Shown in pieces: positions 40,353 through 54,024 of a stretch of DNA of 64,000 bases (within the stretch, counting starts at the first letter, position 1; each line of letters begins with the position of its first letter). The DNA is taken from contig NW_018408876.1 in assembly GCF_002113885.1 (NCBI RefSeq), positions 575,806 to 639,805 on the forward strand. Direction: 5' to 3'. Made by a program: the position numbers and the translations under genes. Origin of the DNA: Mizuhopecten yessoensis. Taxonomy: Eukaryota. The notes beneath the pieces are model-generated. The model was not told the DNA's origin. It saw only the letters and a program-made list of their open reading frames with translations, and ran no database searches.

Positions 40353-42670
40353 TAATAATAATATACAACAATTTATATAGCGCCCTATATAATTTGTAAA
40401 ATTACTCTAAAGCGCTTTACAACATATGGATAATAGTAATGGTTCTAATTGTGAAAACAAAAAACAAAAAGCTTACCATCACTTTTATTCATTTAAGCAA
40501 GCAATGTGCACATAATTGAACAAATAAAAGGGTGGTATTTACATGACGTCTTTGCAAGGATTCTAAAATGCAGACGTGAATAGGTGAGTTTTGATGTCCC
40601 TCTTGAACTTGGCCAGGGTATTCGACTTCCTAATAGCAGATGGTAATCTATTCCACAACGTAGCCGAAACCCTCCCAAAGCATCTGTATCCGTATGACTT
40701 CGACCGCAGTGATCGTGACGGCTGATACAGGGTAACAAGCTCCTGTAGGTACTAATGAGCTGTTCCTATGTGTACACCAGAATTTTGTACTGCGACCTGT
40801 ATCGTACAGGTAACCAGTGCAACGAATAAAGCACAGGTGTGATGTGCTCTCTCTTTCGAATACGAGTAACTAGCCGTGCTGCAGTGTTCTGGACCCTCTG
40901 CAGACGACTAGGTAGTTTGTCAGATATACAACAGAGCAGGGCGTTACCATAATCCAACCGAGAGGTAACAAGTGAATGCACCAACATCTTGCATGCATCT
41001 ACAGTTATAAACTGCCGAATACAGCCGATGTTCCTGATCTGGTAGTAACAGGATTTGGCAATAGCGTTCACTTGTTTCTCCATGTTCAGTGAACTATCAA
41101 AGTATACCCCTAGGTTTTTAACAGCTGGAACAGTCTCAATAGTTCTGGCACCGACCTTGAGATGGAGAGCCATTGATTGCTGACACTTTGGGGAAAAGAC
41201 GATTAGTTCCGTCTTTTCCTGATTCAGCTTAAGCATGTTGGCGTTCATCCAGATACTGACTTTCTGAGACTGTATTCCAACTGTCTTGTGGTTTGATGAC
41301 AATGTAATAGTGTGTCATCGGCATAGCAATGATAGCGAAGGCTATGGCGACGACAAATCTCTCCAATCGGTTTGGAGTACATATAACATTTTCGTGGTCC
41401 TAACACCGACCCTTGAGGAACCTCGAAATCTAGTATTTCGTCATGTGAGGTGGAACATCCGATGGCAACACACTGTCGTCGTTCACTCAGATAAGACTGT
41501 ATCCAGCATAGTGCGGTATCAGTCACTCCATAAGAGTATTCCAGACGTTTATAAAGTATGCCATGGTCAATGGCGTCAAATGCAGCTGACAAGTCCAACA
41601 TGACAAGCAACGCTCTGCACTTGTTACCACTGCAGAAGCTGTCAATATGTACACGTAGGAGGGCCGTCTCAGTAGAGTGTACCATGCGGTAGGCCGATTG
41701 CATGTTGTCATGGAGACTGTTTGCATGGAGATGAACCTCTAAACGCCGGGACACAACCTTCTCCAAGATCTTAGACAGAAAAGGCAGATTTGAAACTGGG
41801 CGGTAGTTTTTCAACTCCTCCTTGTCCATTCCAGGCTTTTTTAACAATGGTCTGACATGTGCCTTCTTGAAACATAATTGAACCTTTGACTCAGCCAATG
41901 ATTTGTTCATGATTGAGGTAATCAAAGGAAGCAGTGCTTGAAGACATTGCTTTAATAGATCTGTAGGCAGTGGATCAAGCTCACAGGACTTCGATTGCGA
42001 GGTCATGATAATGTTGCGCAACTCGTCCTGGGTTGTTGGTGAGAGCTTTGCCGATGGTTCCCAATCAAATGCAATGTCAGCAGTCATGACAGAGATGTCA
42101 ATGTCAGCAGTCATGACAGAGATGTCAATGTCAGCAGTCATGACAGAGATGTCAATGTCAGCAGTCATGACAGAGATGTCAATGTCAGCAGTCATGACAG
42201 AGATGTCAATGTCAGCAGTCATGACAGAGATGTCAATGTCAGCAGTCATGACAGAGATGTCAATGTCAGCAGTCATGACAGAGATGTCAATGTCAGCAGT
42301 CATGACAGAGATGTCAATGTCAGCAGTCATGACAGAGATGTCAATGTCAGCAGTCATGACAGAGATGTCAATGTCAGCAGTCATGACAGAGATGTCAATG
42401 TCAGCAGTCATGACAGAGATGTCAATGTCAGCAGTCATGACAGAGATGTCAATGTCAGCAGTCATGACAGAGATGTCAATGTCAGCAGTCATGACAGAGA
42501 TGTCAATGTCAGCAGTCATGACAGAGATGTCAATGTCAGCAGTCATGACAGAGATGTCAATGTCAGCAGTCATGACAGAGATGTCAATGTCAGCAGTCAT
42601 GACAGAGATGTCAATGTCAGCAGTCATGACAGAGATGTCAATGTCAGCAGAGGAGGAGTACAACGTAGCA
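40353..42670 (-). mobile_element. 5'-truncated, decayed L2/CR1-group LINE (reverse transcriptase ORF2 pseudogene and 3' UTR)
   Basis: RT motifs KSCELDPLPT, NYRPVSNLPFLSKILEKVV, HSTETAL, LDLSAAFD, VPQGSVLGP and YADD (41314-41325), then a frameshift. Continues LKLNQEKTE, VKNLGVYFDS, SRLDYGNALL, LHWLPV, LWNRLP...IKTHLFTSAF* (stop 40563-40565). L2-type 3' end on the minus strand: gtaaagcgctttagag...gggcgctatataaat...tattattatta. No TSD seen. Confidence 0.95.
42073..42650. repeat. Perfect 27-bp minisatellite (AATGTCAGCAGTCATGACAGAGATGTC) x ~21.4 inside the LINE ORF
   Basis: No variant units seen; reads in frame as (ADIDISVMT)n upstream of the RT domain. Confidence 0.97.
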
Positions 42671-42764
42671 GAGTTATGTTTATAAACTGGCAGACATACG
42701 ATGACTGATTGAGGATACCCAAATAAAATACAACTATTTTGTTTTAGTTCAGACAAATTTTATA

Positions 42765-42979
42765 CTGTAAAAATGGAAATTTTCGGAGGTGGAAGATTTG
42801 AGATTCTTTAAACTGATCAGGATGTGGAATTTTAGAGTTTGTAAAAGTTCTGAATTTTGTATATGCTATACATCTATGATCTATACATAAATCTTCGCGT
42901 TTTGAAATTTTCACGATTATTTACTTGTCGAAAAACATACGCGAACATTTCCTCATCGCGAAAATTTCTACTTTTGCAG
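42765..42979. mobile_element. TA-flanked MITE (Tc1/mariner-type termini)
   Basis: TA|CTGTAAAAATGGAAATTTTCG ... CGAAAATTTCTACTTTTGCAG|TA. Confidence 0.65.
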
Positions 42980-44096
42980 TATTAATATCTCTGCGTTTTA
43001 TAGATATAATGAATGATATTTCAAACGTGGCAACGCGTGGAATGACATAATCTCAATCCAACCTATCGGTCGTGTTCCTTCACTGTAGCTGTAGTACATA
43101 TGATGTAATCAGAAAATGTCTATATCCCCTTTCCAATCAGTGTACCGTGTACACCGTCATTTCGTGCTCTATCATTACATGTATACACTCTCCTATCGAT
43201 ACTGGTTAAAATAGTATTCAGATTATATTTTACTGCATAGAATACTAAATACCCATCTAGATCAGCCGGGCGTGAAATGGAGCCGGATATATACACACAG
43301 GGACATGTTAACCAGATGCACGTACTGTAACAGGCGACTACGTCCGCGATACGCTCGTGTACGTCCCCTACACCAATGGGACATGTCATGACGAAATAGA
43401 AAAATCTGCTCGCGCCATCTTGCGTAACGGTCTGATTAACCGGCTTTGAAGTCGGGTGTCGCTCCTCTGTAATATCCAAAGTATCAACTTAGCGATTGGT
43501 TAGGTGTATTTTTTACCTCGAACCCATCAAATAGCTACGTACATGTTCATGTAGCTGTGCTGCTTTTTTCATGACATATTTCAGGGGTGCAAAGAATGTA
43601 AGCTTGCACAACCTCTGAAAAATCGAGGAAGGGGAACCCTTTGCAGAATTGGAAATTTTGTTTTCGTTTCAACTAGTGGGCACGAAAGTGACCAAAATAA
43701 ATCTGTTGCAACCATAACCTCATTACGGATCTTCGTTTACATTTATTTCAAAATTACTTTCGTTCCCTAACGCCTTATAATTGGAATAAAATCATCGCCT
43801 TCGGCATTATAATGGAGCGTTCGCCTTAGAGAGAAAGGCTATGGGTTCTGTCTTCTGACAAAGACGAGCCATTGTCCAAACGTTTGTACTTACCAAAAAA
43901 AACTTTCCCGGAAGGAGAATTCATTTTGCGTGCTGTATGATGTTTCTCAGAGAAAAAAAAAATCCATCTTTCCAACGGTACTAAGCACTTTTTTGTATGT
44001 CGGCTAGAAATGTGGTTTTTGATGCAAGAAACTTAGCACTCAAAGAAATATATACCCATGGGAGCTTGTATATGGTTCCATTTGAGAATGAATGAA

Positions 44097-44225
44097 TGTA
44101 ACGTTACAGGTCTGAGGGGATTGCTGACGACCTGATACCACAATTGGTTAGAGCGTCAGTCTGTAGGGTTTGGTGGCCTGGGTTTGAATCCAAGTCTGGC
44201 CGTTGCGTTTTTCTTTCCAGTTACA
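44097..44225 (+). mobile_element. Degenerate solo LTR related to the tRNA-containing TRIM
   Basis: TGTAAC...GTTACA termini; internal caattggttagagcgtc...gggtttgaatccaagtctggccgtt aligns by eye with the LTRs at 17.2-17.6 kb. Confidence 0.65.
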
Positions 44226-44308
44226 TATCCTGTATTTGACTCTAAGGATCCTGTAAGTTTAAGCCTATCTTGTAGAGCACGTGGTCGGCATTTCATGTTT
44301 ACAACATA

Positions 44309-45163
44309 CCGTCACACCTGTATTCAGAGACCACCTTTGGGAAGTCACTACATTGGTCTCCTATTGCAGGTGGTCTCTCAACACAGGCTGTCTCTTAACA
44401 CAGTCTGTCTCTTAACACAGTCTGTCTCTTAACACAGGCTGTCACTTAACACAGGCTGTCTCTTAACACAGGTGGTCTCTTAATACAGGCTCAACTAACA
44501 TGTACATAACATTAGGGATTTTAAAAGTGGTCTCTCAATGGAGGGGGGTTCTTAATAGATGTGATTTCTTGACACGGGCGTTCTCTTAACACAGGCTGCC
44601 TCTTAACACAGACTGTCTCGTAACACAGGTGGTCTCTTAACACAGGGGATCTCTTAACGCAGGTGGTATCTTAACACAGGTGATCTCTTAACACAGGCTG
44701 TCTCTTAACACAGGTGGTCTCTTAATACAGGCTCAACTAACATGTACATAACATTAGGGATTTTAAAAGTGGTGTCTCTCAATAGAGGTGGTTTCTTAAT
44801 AGATGTGATTTCTTGACACGGGCGGTCTCTTAACACAGGCTGCCTCTTAACACAGACTGTCTCGTAACACAGGTGGTCTCTTAACACAGGTGATCTCTTA
44901 ACGCAGGTGGTATCTTAACACAGGTGGTCTCTTAACACAGGCGGTCTCTTAACACAGGCTGTCTCTACACAGGTGGTCTCTTAACACAGGTTCAATTAAC
45001 ATGTACATAACTGCCATTAGGGATTTTAAAAGTGGTCTCTCAATAGAGGTGGTTTCTTAAAAGAGCTTGTTTCCTAATACAGGGGGTCTCTTAACACAGG
45101 TGGTTTCTTAAAACAGTGTTGTCTTTTAATATAATGAGGTGGTTTATTGAGCTTGTTTGACTG
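44309..45163. mobile_element. TA-flanked pogo/mariner-type MITE with internally amplified ~20-bp repeats
   Basis: TA|CCGTCACACCTG ... TGTTTGACTG|TA; interior (GGTGGTCTCTTAACACA)n arranged in three ~245-260 bp super-units. Confidence 0.7.
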
Positions 45164-46279
45164 TACTTTGACCTGGTATGGTCTTTAAGCAAGTGAAGGG
45201 CTTACATGAAACTAGATACATGTACATGTAATACCCAGTTAGACAATGAGAGACCGCGGCCCTGGATCGTTATAAACACAGTAGGATATACATTTTTAAT
45301 TCTCCCCACAAGTATTATATATACAAAATATAGGTTAAGAATTAGTTCTAAATGGTGAACGCCAGAATATTGGCATTGCGCATTCAAACTGATTCAAATG
45401 TATTCAGGGGATTAAACGCATTGAACAGAAGTCGTTCCTGACCTTCAGATAGCTAATTTTGTGTATGCACTGTATGTAATAATCACCTCAAAGGACACAC
45501 AAAAGCGACCAGGCAGCGACAGACACTGACGCCCCACAAGTGGTAATCGAAGTCGGCGCTTGTGAACGGTTTAACGGAGATCGATAATACAATCTGGTGT
45601 CCGTTTGTTCTATACTCAGGTGTATTATTTCTGTAAAAAATATTTATTGAGGTCAAATAGAAATAATATGGCACAGATTTATATATACATATCAGATATT
45701 GGACTTGCCTTAGAAAAAAGTCCCAAAATCACTGTCAGCTAGTTCACTTTTATCAAAAAAGTATTTTGTTAACCATAATCTGGAAAATTGCCATACAGAA
45801 ATTTTAGACGTACCACAATTGAAATGAAGATGAGACAAGCGCAAATACACTACTGCCATTGGGTCGGTGACAGAACAGCCAATGCCTCGCGCGGCTTCAA
45901 GCTTCAGACTTTAGGGCTTGAAGAATCTGATGGGATGAGTTTGCTTGAAGCTTATAGCAACTCGCAATCGGAGACGCCATTTTGAAAACAATTCATGATT
46001 AATAATGGACGAATACAGCAAGTACAGTCATTGACACTGCAAGATTAGTAACACACAGCAGAGGATTACATTGGTACAGTTATATGGATTCTGAAGAGAG
46101 TAATCGGAAATTGACCCCGAAACCCTACAGTGTCAGCAATCGTACACAATACTGTATGAAGCGGAATCGCTTACGTTGAGAAAGCAATACATATTTGATA
46201 TAACCACACTAGAGCCCGTAATGCACAGAACTCTTCCCAGACTTTCTCTTTTCTTGTGATAAGTGAGAAAGACAATCGG

Positions 46280-46365
46280 TTCTGTCCCCGGCTTAATACT
46301 CAGCATTTAAGGGGAAAGCCAACAACTGGTTCATCTGTTGTTAGTATAATGTGACCGGGCGGATC
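46280..46365 (+). mobile_element. Fragment of the same Meta-like SINE, abutting the 27-bp satellite
   Basis: cagcatttaagggg...caacaactg...agtataatgtgaccgg matches 6320-6380. Confidence 0.55.
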
Positions 46366-46369
46366 CGTT

Positions 46370-49300
46370 CTCAAACCTACAGATTATATATCCGTTATCA
46401 CACCTACAGATTATATATCCATTATCACACCTACAGATTGTATATCCATTATCACACCTAAAGGATATATATCCATTATCAACCCTTCAGGATATATATC
46501 CATTATCAGCCCTACAGATTATATATCCACTATCACACCTACAGGTTATATATCCATTATCACATCTACAGTTTATATATCTAGTATCACACCTACAGGA
46601 TATATGTCCATTATCACACCTACAGGCTATATATCCATTATCACACCTAAAGGATATATATCCATTATCAAACCTACAGGATATCTATCCATTATCACAC
46701 CTACAAGATATATATCCATTATCACGCCTACAGGATATATATCCAGTATCAAACCTACAGGATATATACCCATTATCACACCTACAGGCTATATATCCAT
46801 TATCACACCTACCGATTATATATCCAGTTTCACACCTGCAGGTTATACATCCATTATGACACCTACAGGATATATATATATCCATTATCAAACCTACAGA
46901 ATATATATCAATTATCACACCTACAGATTGTATATCCATTATCACACCTAAAGGATATATATCCATTATCCCACCTACAGGATATATATCTATTATCACA
47001 ACTACAGGATATATATCCATTATCAACCCTTCAGGATATATATCCATTATCAACCCTTCAGGATATATATCCATTATGAAACCTACAGGATATATATCAA
47101 TTATCACACCTACAGATTGTATATCCATTATCACACCTAAAGGATATATATCCATTATCAGCCCTACAGATTATATATCCAGTTTCACACCTGCAGGTTA
47201 TACATCCATTATCACGCCTACAGATTATATATCCAGTATCACACCTACAGGTTATCCATCCATTATCACACCTACAAATTATATATCTATTATCACACCT
47301 ACAGATTGTATATCCATTATCACACCTAAAGGATATATATCCATTATCAAGCCTACAGGATATATATCCAGTATCAAACCTACAGGATATATGTCCATTA
47401 TCACACCTACAGGTTATTCATCCATTATCACACCTACCGATTATATATCCAGTTTCACACCTGCAGGTTATACATCCATTATCACGCCTACAGATTATAT
47501 ATCCATTATCGCACCTACAGGTTATACATCTATTATCACACCTACAGACAGATTATATATCCGTTATCACACCTACAGGATATATATATCCATTATCAAA
47601 CCTACAGAATATATATCAATTATCACACCTACAGAATATATATCCAGTATCACACCTACAGGTTATCCATCCATTATCACACCTACCGATTATATATCCA
47701 GTTTCACACCTGCAGGTTATACATCCATTATCACAGCTACAGGTTATATATCTATTATCACACCTACAGATTGTATATCCATTATCACACCTAAAGGATA
47801 TATATCCATTATCAACCCTTCAGGATATATATCCATTATGACACCTACAGATTATATATCTATTATCACACCTACAGATTGTATATCCATTATCACACCT
47901 AAAGGATATATATCCATTATCACACTTACAGGATATATATCCATTATTACACCTACATGATATATATCCATTATCACGCCTACAGATTATATATCCAGTT
48001 TCACACCTGCAGGTTATACATCCATTATGACACCTACAGATTATATATCGATTATCACACCTACAGGTTAAACATACATTATCACACCTACAGGTTATAC
48101 TCCATTATCACACCTACAGACTATATATCCATTATCACACTTACAGGATATATATCCATTATCAAGCCTACAGGATATATATCCAGTATCAAACCTACAG
48201 GATATATGTCCATTATCACACCTACAGATTGTATATCCATTATCACACCTAAAGGATATATATCCATTATCAAACCTACAGGATATATACCCATTATCAC
48301 ACCTACAGGCTATACATCCATCATCACACCTACAGATTATACACCCATTATCACACCTACAGGCTATATATCCATTATCACACCTCCAGGTTATATATCC
48401 ATTATCGCACCTACAGGTTATACATCTATTATTACACCTACAGGATATATATATATCCATTATCACACTTACAGGATATATATCCATTATGACACCTACA
48501 GGATATATATATCCATTATCACACGTACAGGATATATATCCATTATCAACCCTTCAGGATATATATCCATTATTACACCTACAGGATATATGTCCATTAT
48601 CACACCTACAGACTATATATCCATTATCACACCTCCAGGTTATATATCCATTATCACATCTACAGTTTATATATCTAGTATCACACCTACAGGATATATA
48701 TATCCATTATCAAACCTACAGGATATATATCCAGTATCAAACCTACAGGATATCTATCCATTATCACACCTACAGGATATATATCTATTATCACACCTAC
48801 AGGATATATATCCATTATCAAACCTACAGGATATATATCCATTATCACACCTACAGGATATATATCCATTATCACACATACAGGTTATACATCCATTATC
48901 ACACCTACAGGTTATATATCCATTATCACACCTACAGGTTATACATCCATTATCACACCTACAGATTATACATCCATTATCACACCTACAGGTTATACAT
49001 CCATTATCACACCTACAGATTAAATATCCATTATCACACCTACAGGTTATACATCCATTATCACACCTACAGATTATATATCCATTATCACACCTACAGG
49101 TTATACATCCATTATCACACCTACAGATTAAATATCCATTATCACACCTACAGGTTATACATCCATTATCACACCTACAGATTATATATCCATTATCACA
49201 CCTACAGGTTATACATCCATTATCACACCTACAGATTATATATCCATTATCACACCTACAGGTTATACATCCATTATCACACCTACAGATTATATATCCA

Positions 49301-51150
49301 TTATCACACCTACAGGTTATACATCCATTATCACACCTACAGATTATATATCCATTATCACACCTACAGGTTATACATCCATTATCACACCTACAGATTA
49401 TATATCCATTATCACACCTACAGGTTATACATCCATTATCACACCTACAGATTATATATCCATTATCACACCTACAGGTTATACATCCATTATCACACCT
49501 ACAGATTATATATCCATTATCACACCTACAGGTTATACATCCATTATCACACCTACAGATTATATATCCATTATCACACCTACAGGTTATACATCCATTA
49601 TCACACCTACAGATTATATATCCATTATCACACCTACAGGTTATACATCCATTATCACACCTACAGATTATATATCCATTATCACACCTACAGGTTATAC
49701 ATCCATTATCACACCTACAGATTATATATCCATTATCACACCTACAGGTTATACATCCATTATCACACCTACAGATTATATATCCATTATCACACCTACA
49801 GGTTATACATCCATTATCACACCTACAGATTATATATCCATTATCACACCTACAGGTTATACATCCATTATCACACCTACAGATTATATATCCATTATCA
49901 CACCTACAGGTTATACATCCATTATCACACCTACAGATTATATATCCATTATCACACCTACAGGTTATACATCCATTATCACACCTACAGATTATATATC
50001 CATTATCACACCTACAGGTTATACATCCATTATCACACCTACAGATTATATATCCATTATCACACCTACAGGTTATACATCCATTATCACACCTACAGAT
50101 TATATATCCATTATCACACCTACAGGTTATACATCCATTATCACACCTACAGATTATATATCCATTATCACACCTACAGGTTATACATCCATTATCACAC
50201 CTACAGATTATATATCCATTATCACACCTACAGGTTATACATCCATTATCACACCTACAGATTATATATCCATTATCACACCTACAGGTTATACATCCAT
50301 TATCACACCTACAGATTATATATCCATTATCACACCTACAGGTTATACATCCATTATCACACCTACAGATTATATATCCATTATCACACCTACAGGTTAT
50401 ACATCCATTATCACACCTACAGATTATATATCCATTATCACACCTACAGGTTATACATCCATTATCACACCTACAGATTATATATCCATTATCACACCTA
50501 CAGATTATATATCTATTATCACACCTACAGGATATATATATCCATTATCACACCTACAGGCTATACATCTATTATCACACCTACAGGTTATACATCCATT
50601 ATCACACCTACAGATTATATATCCATTATCACACCTACAGGTTATACATCCATTATCACACCTACAGATTATATATCCATTATCACATCTACAGTTTATA
50701 TATCTAGTATCACACCTACAGGATATATATATCCATTATCACACCTACAGGTTAAACATCCATTATCACACCTACAGATTATATATCCATTATCACACCT
50801 ACAGGATATATATATCCAATATCACACCTACAGGTTATACATCCGTTATCACACCTACAGATTATATGTCCATTATCACACCTACAGTTTATATATCCAT
50901 TATCACTCCTACAGGTTAAACATCCATTCTCACACCTACAGATTATATGTCCATTATCACCCCTACAGATTATATATCCCTTATCACACCTACAGAGTAT
51001 ACATCCATTATCACACCTGCAGATTATATATCCATTATCACACGTACAGATTATATATCTATTATCTCACCTACAGGATATATATATCCATTATCACACC
51101 TACAGGTTATACATCTATTATCACACCTACAGGATATATGTCCCAGTTTA
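46370..51150. repeat. 27-bp satellite (CCATTATCACACCTACAGGTTATACAT), ~4.8 kb, with a homogeneous 54-bp dimer core
   Basis: 9-residue periodicity in the spurious ORFs; strict alternation of GGTTATACAT and GATTATATAT units at about 49140-50490. Confidence 0.98.
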
Positions 51151-51641
51151 CACCCAAAGATAATACATAACTGTACCTCATATTACTCTTGTGTTTGTAT
51201 TTCTTGCTAGGTGTACGTGATTTACCCTCCGATCGTATCGTCACTTACAAGTTATAATAGAACAGTTTATACATACAGAATTATATTTACATCACATTAA
51301 AGATTTAACGTGTCCCTGGTTTAAATGAGTTAGTATGAGTGTAAATATATACATGTACATCATGTCTACACATACCTATAACGTAAGATTGTGTTGGATG
51401 TTATGGTAATGACGTATTTTATAACACTCTGAAGAACAGGATATACATTTGTGTAACATATATAAATATATTACAGATACATGGGTATATTGCGAGAGTG
51501 TTAATCGATAAAATTAACGATCAATGACTTCGATTGTTTAAACGATTTATGTAGCTTTGAATATAGAAACGTATACATACAATGTACCACGTGCATTAAG
51601 CTGCAGTACAGCGAAGTCGATGTTGTCACAAAAAATTGTGC

Positions 51642-51705
51642 ACAATCGGGAACCGTCCGTACTTTCCTTAACCATTTACGGAATGTGTCGACGGTTCCCG
51701 ATTGT
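51642..51705. repeat. 64-bp hairpin with a perfect 16-bp stem (mini-MITE); related copy near 38765-38830
   Basis: ACAATCGGGAACCGTC ... GACGGTTCCCGATTGT. Confidence 0.7.
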
Positions 51706-52411
51706 ATCTATGCATGCATGATAATAATAACAATCTAGCTTGGTAGTTAGGGAGGTATATGGATCGTATAACAGCACTCCCTGTAATTTTAGTCCCGAAT
51801 ATACTTATAACGTAGCCCGATTGTTTACACCATAAAAGAATACAGACGCATCACTTAGTTTGTGTGCCATACGCACGTGTATTAACGCTAATTACAAACA
51901 TACCAACACACGCCAGTTTATAATCAATAAATAGTAATCACGCTTAATAAACAACAATGCTTAACGTCAGATACAAGGATCCATGAAAGACAATGGTAGA
52001 TGAAGGAACATAATACGTGGTATAAGTTTGTGTAGAAACAGCCAATTAACCTTGCCTGACATAGTTTCAAACGCGCACGCGTCGTGTAAACCTACACTCC
52101 CTAATTAACGATATCGCACAGCGCACACAAGTGTTTACATACGCCCCCTACCGGACATACTTGCCCTCTCTCAAAATCAAGAGTGCGAGATATATATATA
52201 TATTTACCAGCACGTGCAAAGACGTGTAAATCTGTTTCTCTTACTGAGCACGTTCGCCCGTTTACAAACATACGCGTACACGCGCATTTGTACATAAAGT
52301 TTCTACTAAACAGTCTCCCACGCACCTAACCTCATATCGGACAAATTCTCACCCCTCTCGTGACACAGCAGCAAGCTTATTATATATTACTGGTATCCTC
52401 ATAACCGCCAA

Positions 52412-53103
52412 AACATACACGTGTACAAACAGTTACTCCTACATACACGTGTACAAACAGTTACTCCTACATACTCGTACACAAACAGTTACACCTACAT
52501 ACTCGTACACACACAGTTACTCCTACATACTCGTACACACACAGTTACTCCTGCATACTCGTACACAAACAGTTACTCCTACATACACGTGTACAAACAG
52601 TTCCTCCTACATACACGTGTACAAACAGTTACTCCTACATGCACGTGTACAAACAGTTACTCCTACATACACGTGTACAAACAGTTACACAAACATACAC
52701 GTGTACAAACAGTTACTCCTACACACACGTGTACAAACAGTTACTCCTACATACACGTGTACAAACAGTTCCTCCTACATACACGTGTACAAACAGTTAC
52801 TCCTACATACAGGTGTACAAACAGTTACTCCTACATACACGTGTACAAACAGTTACACAAACATACACGTGTACAAACAGTTACTCCTACATACAGGTGT
52901 ACAAACAGTTACTCCTACATACACGTGTACAAACAGTTACTCCTACATACACGTGTACAACCAGTTACTCCTACATACACGTGTACAAACAGTTCCTCCT
53001 ACATACACGTGTACAAACAGTTGCTCCTACATACACGTGTACAAACAGTTACTCCTACATACTCGTACACAAACAGTTTCTCCTACATACTCGTACACAC
53101 AGT
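52412..53103. repeat. 28-bp minisatellite (ACATACACGTGTACAAACAGTTACTCCT)
   Basis: About 24 units; most contain the palindrome TACACGTGTA. Confidence 0.95.
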
Positions 53104-53320
53104 GACACACACACACATATGTGCAACCACAGACATCTTCTTAATTCGACATAAACGTTGGAAACACACAACTACTGTTTCAGTTTTTCTTTGAGATTTA
53201 AGCAAATATCAAATGACTAGCAATCACTCAAACTGTTTCTACATCAACTTAACACAATATGGATGGAAAACAATGTGACAACCCTAGATTTACAGATAAT
53301 GTATAAAGATAAGAACACGC

Positions 53321-54024
53321 CTAATCTCTAAAATGTAAGCCCTCGTCCAGGGGTATAGCTATATCATTGATAATGAAATCGTCGTCGAAGTTCAAACACT
53401 GAGATAGAATTACGGTAGCTTTTACCGTAATGTCACCAAAAATCGCATGGGACTGTTTTACAAGTCTGTCTTTTAGAGCCCGTTTAGTTTCCTCTGCCTC
53501 CTCTTGACAAATTGGTTTTGAAACAAAGGTATGCATCTTTCGTCCACCTTCGATATAACGCCAACGTATACTGCCCATCTGATCCCGGGCCATGAGCCCG
53601 GCCCCAAGGGGAATACCGTTCACCAGACGGGGGAGTTTTTTGATGACACTATTTGGAATATCCGCATCACTATACACAGTTTGGAATGAGATTTGGAGTA
53701 AAAAACAATGTTGTTCGTCCTCTGACTTCCGGTGAGACTGCACCAGACGACCCGCGTCCCGGGGGGAGATCGTAAAGTGAGAGTTAGCCATGTGGTGGGG
53801 AGAGGTACTAGGGGAGATAATCCAATCCTTGGAAGTGTCCAATGCAGGCAGAGTTCGGTCCGTAGCACTGATATTTAGACTTTCTAATTCGCGACCAAAA
53901 AGTCTTTCAAGGTCGCCAAGGGAAGCCACAGTTAGACCGTGTGTACACCCAATGTGCAGCACGTTACTCGAACCATCCCACTGAACTGAATACTCCTGGA
54001 AATTACCTCCGAAGTTCAAACACG
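53321..54024 (-). CDS. Terminal coding exon of an uncharacterised protein (about 266 aa after splicing)
   Basis: 704-nt non-repetitive stop-free frame, more GC-rich than its flanks. Minus-strand acceptor ttctatatttgaaattgcag| just before 54024; in-frame TAA shortly upstream (54062-54064), so the TTG start in the ORF track is unlikely. Confidence 0.75.

Noticed and set aside
41245-42756. 503-aa RT with an N-terminal repeat domain as a novel functional fusion or bacterial-type RT system
   Set aside because: The RT is a eukaryotic L2-type LINE, frameshifted right after YADD and lacking the endonuclease; the repeats are identical with no spacers.
43120-43479. 119-aa minus-strand ORF in a CpG-richer patch
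   Set aside because: Non-ATG start, no recognisable motif and no convincing splice pair.
46604-51210. 916-aa and 893-aa ORFs and neighbours (YPLSHLQ, YIHYHTYRL, SIITPTGY repeats)
   Set aside because: Translations of a 27-bp satellite open in multiple frames, with frame switches at 2-bp indels and no unique domain.
52421-53194. 257-, 218- and 171-aa ORFs
   Set aside because: All three frames of a 28-bp minisatellite.
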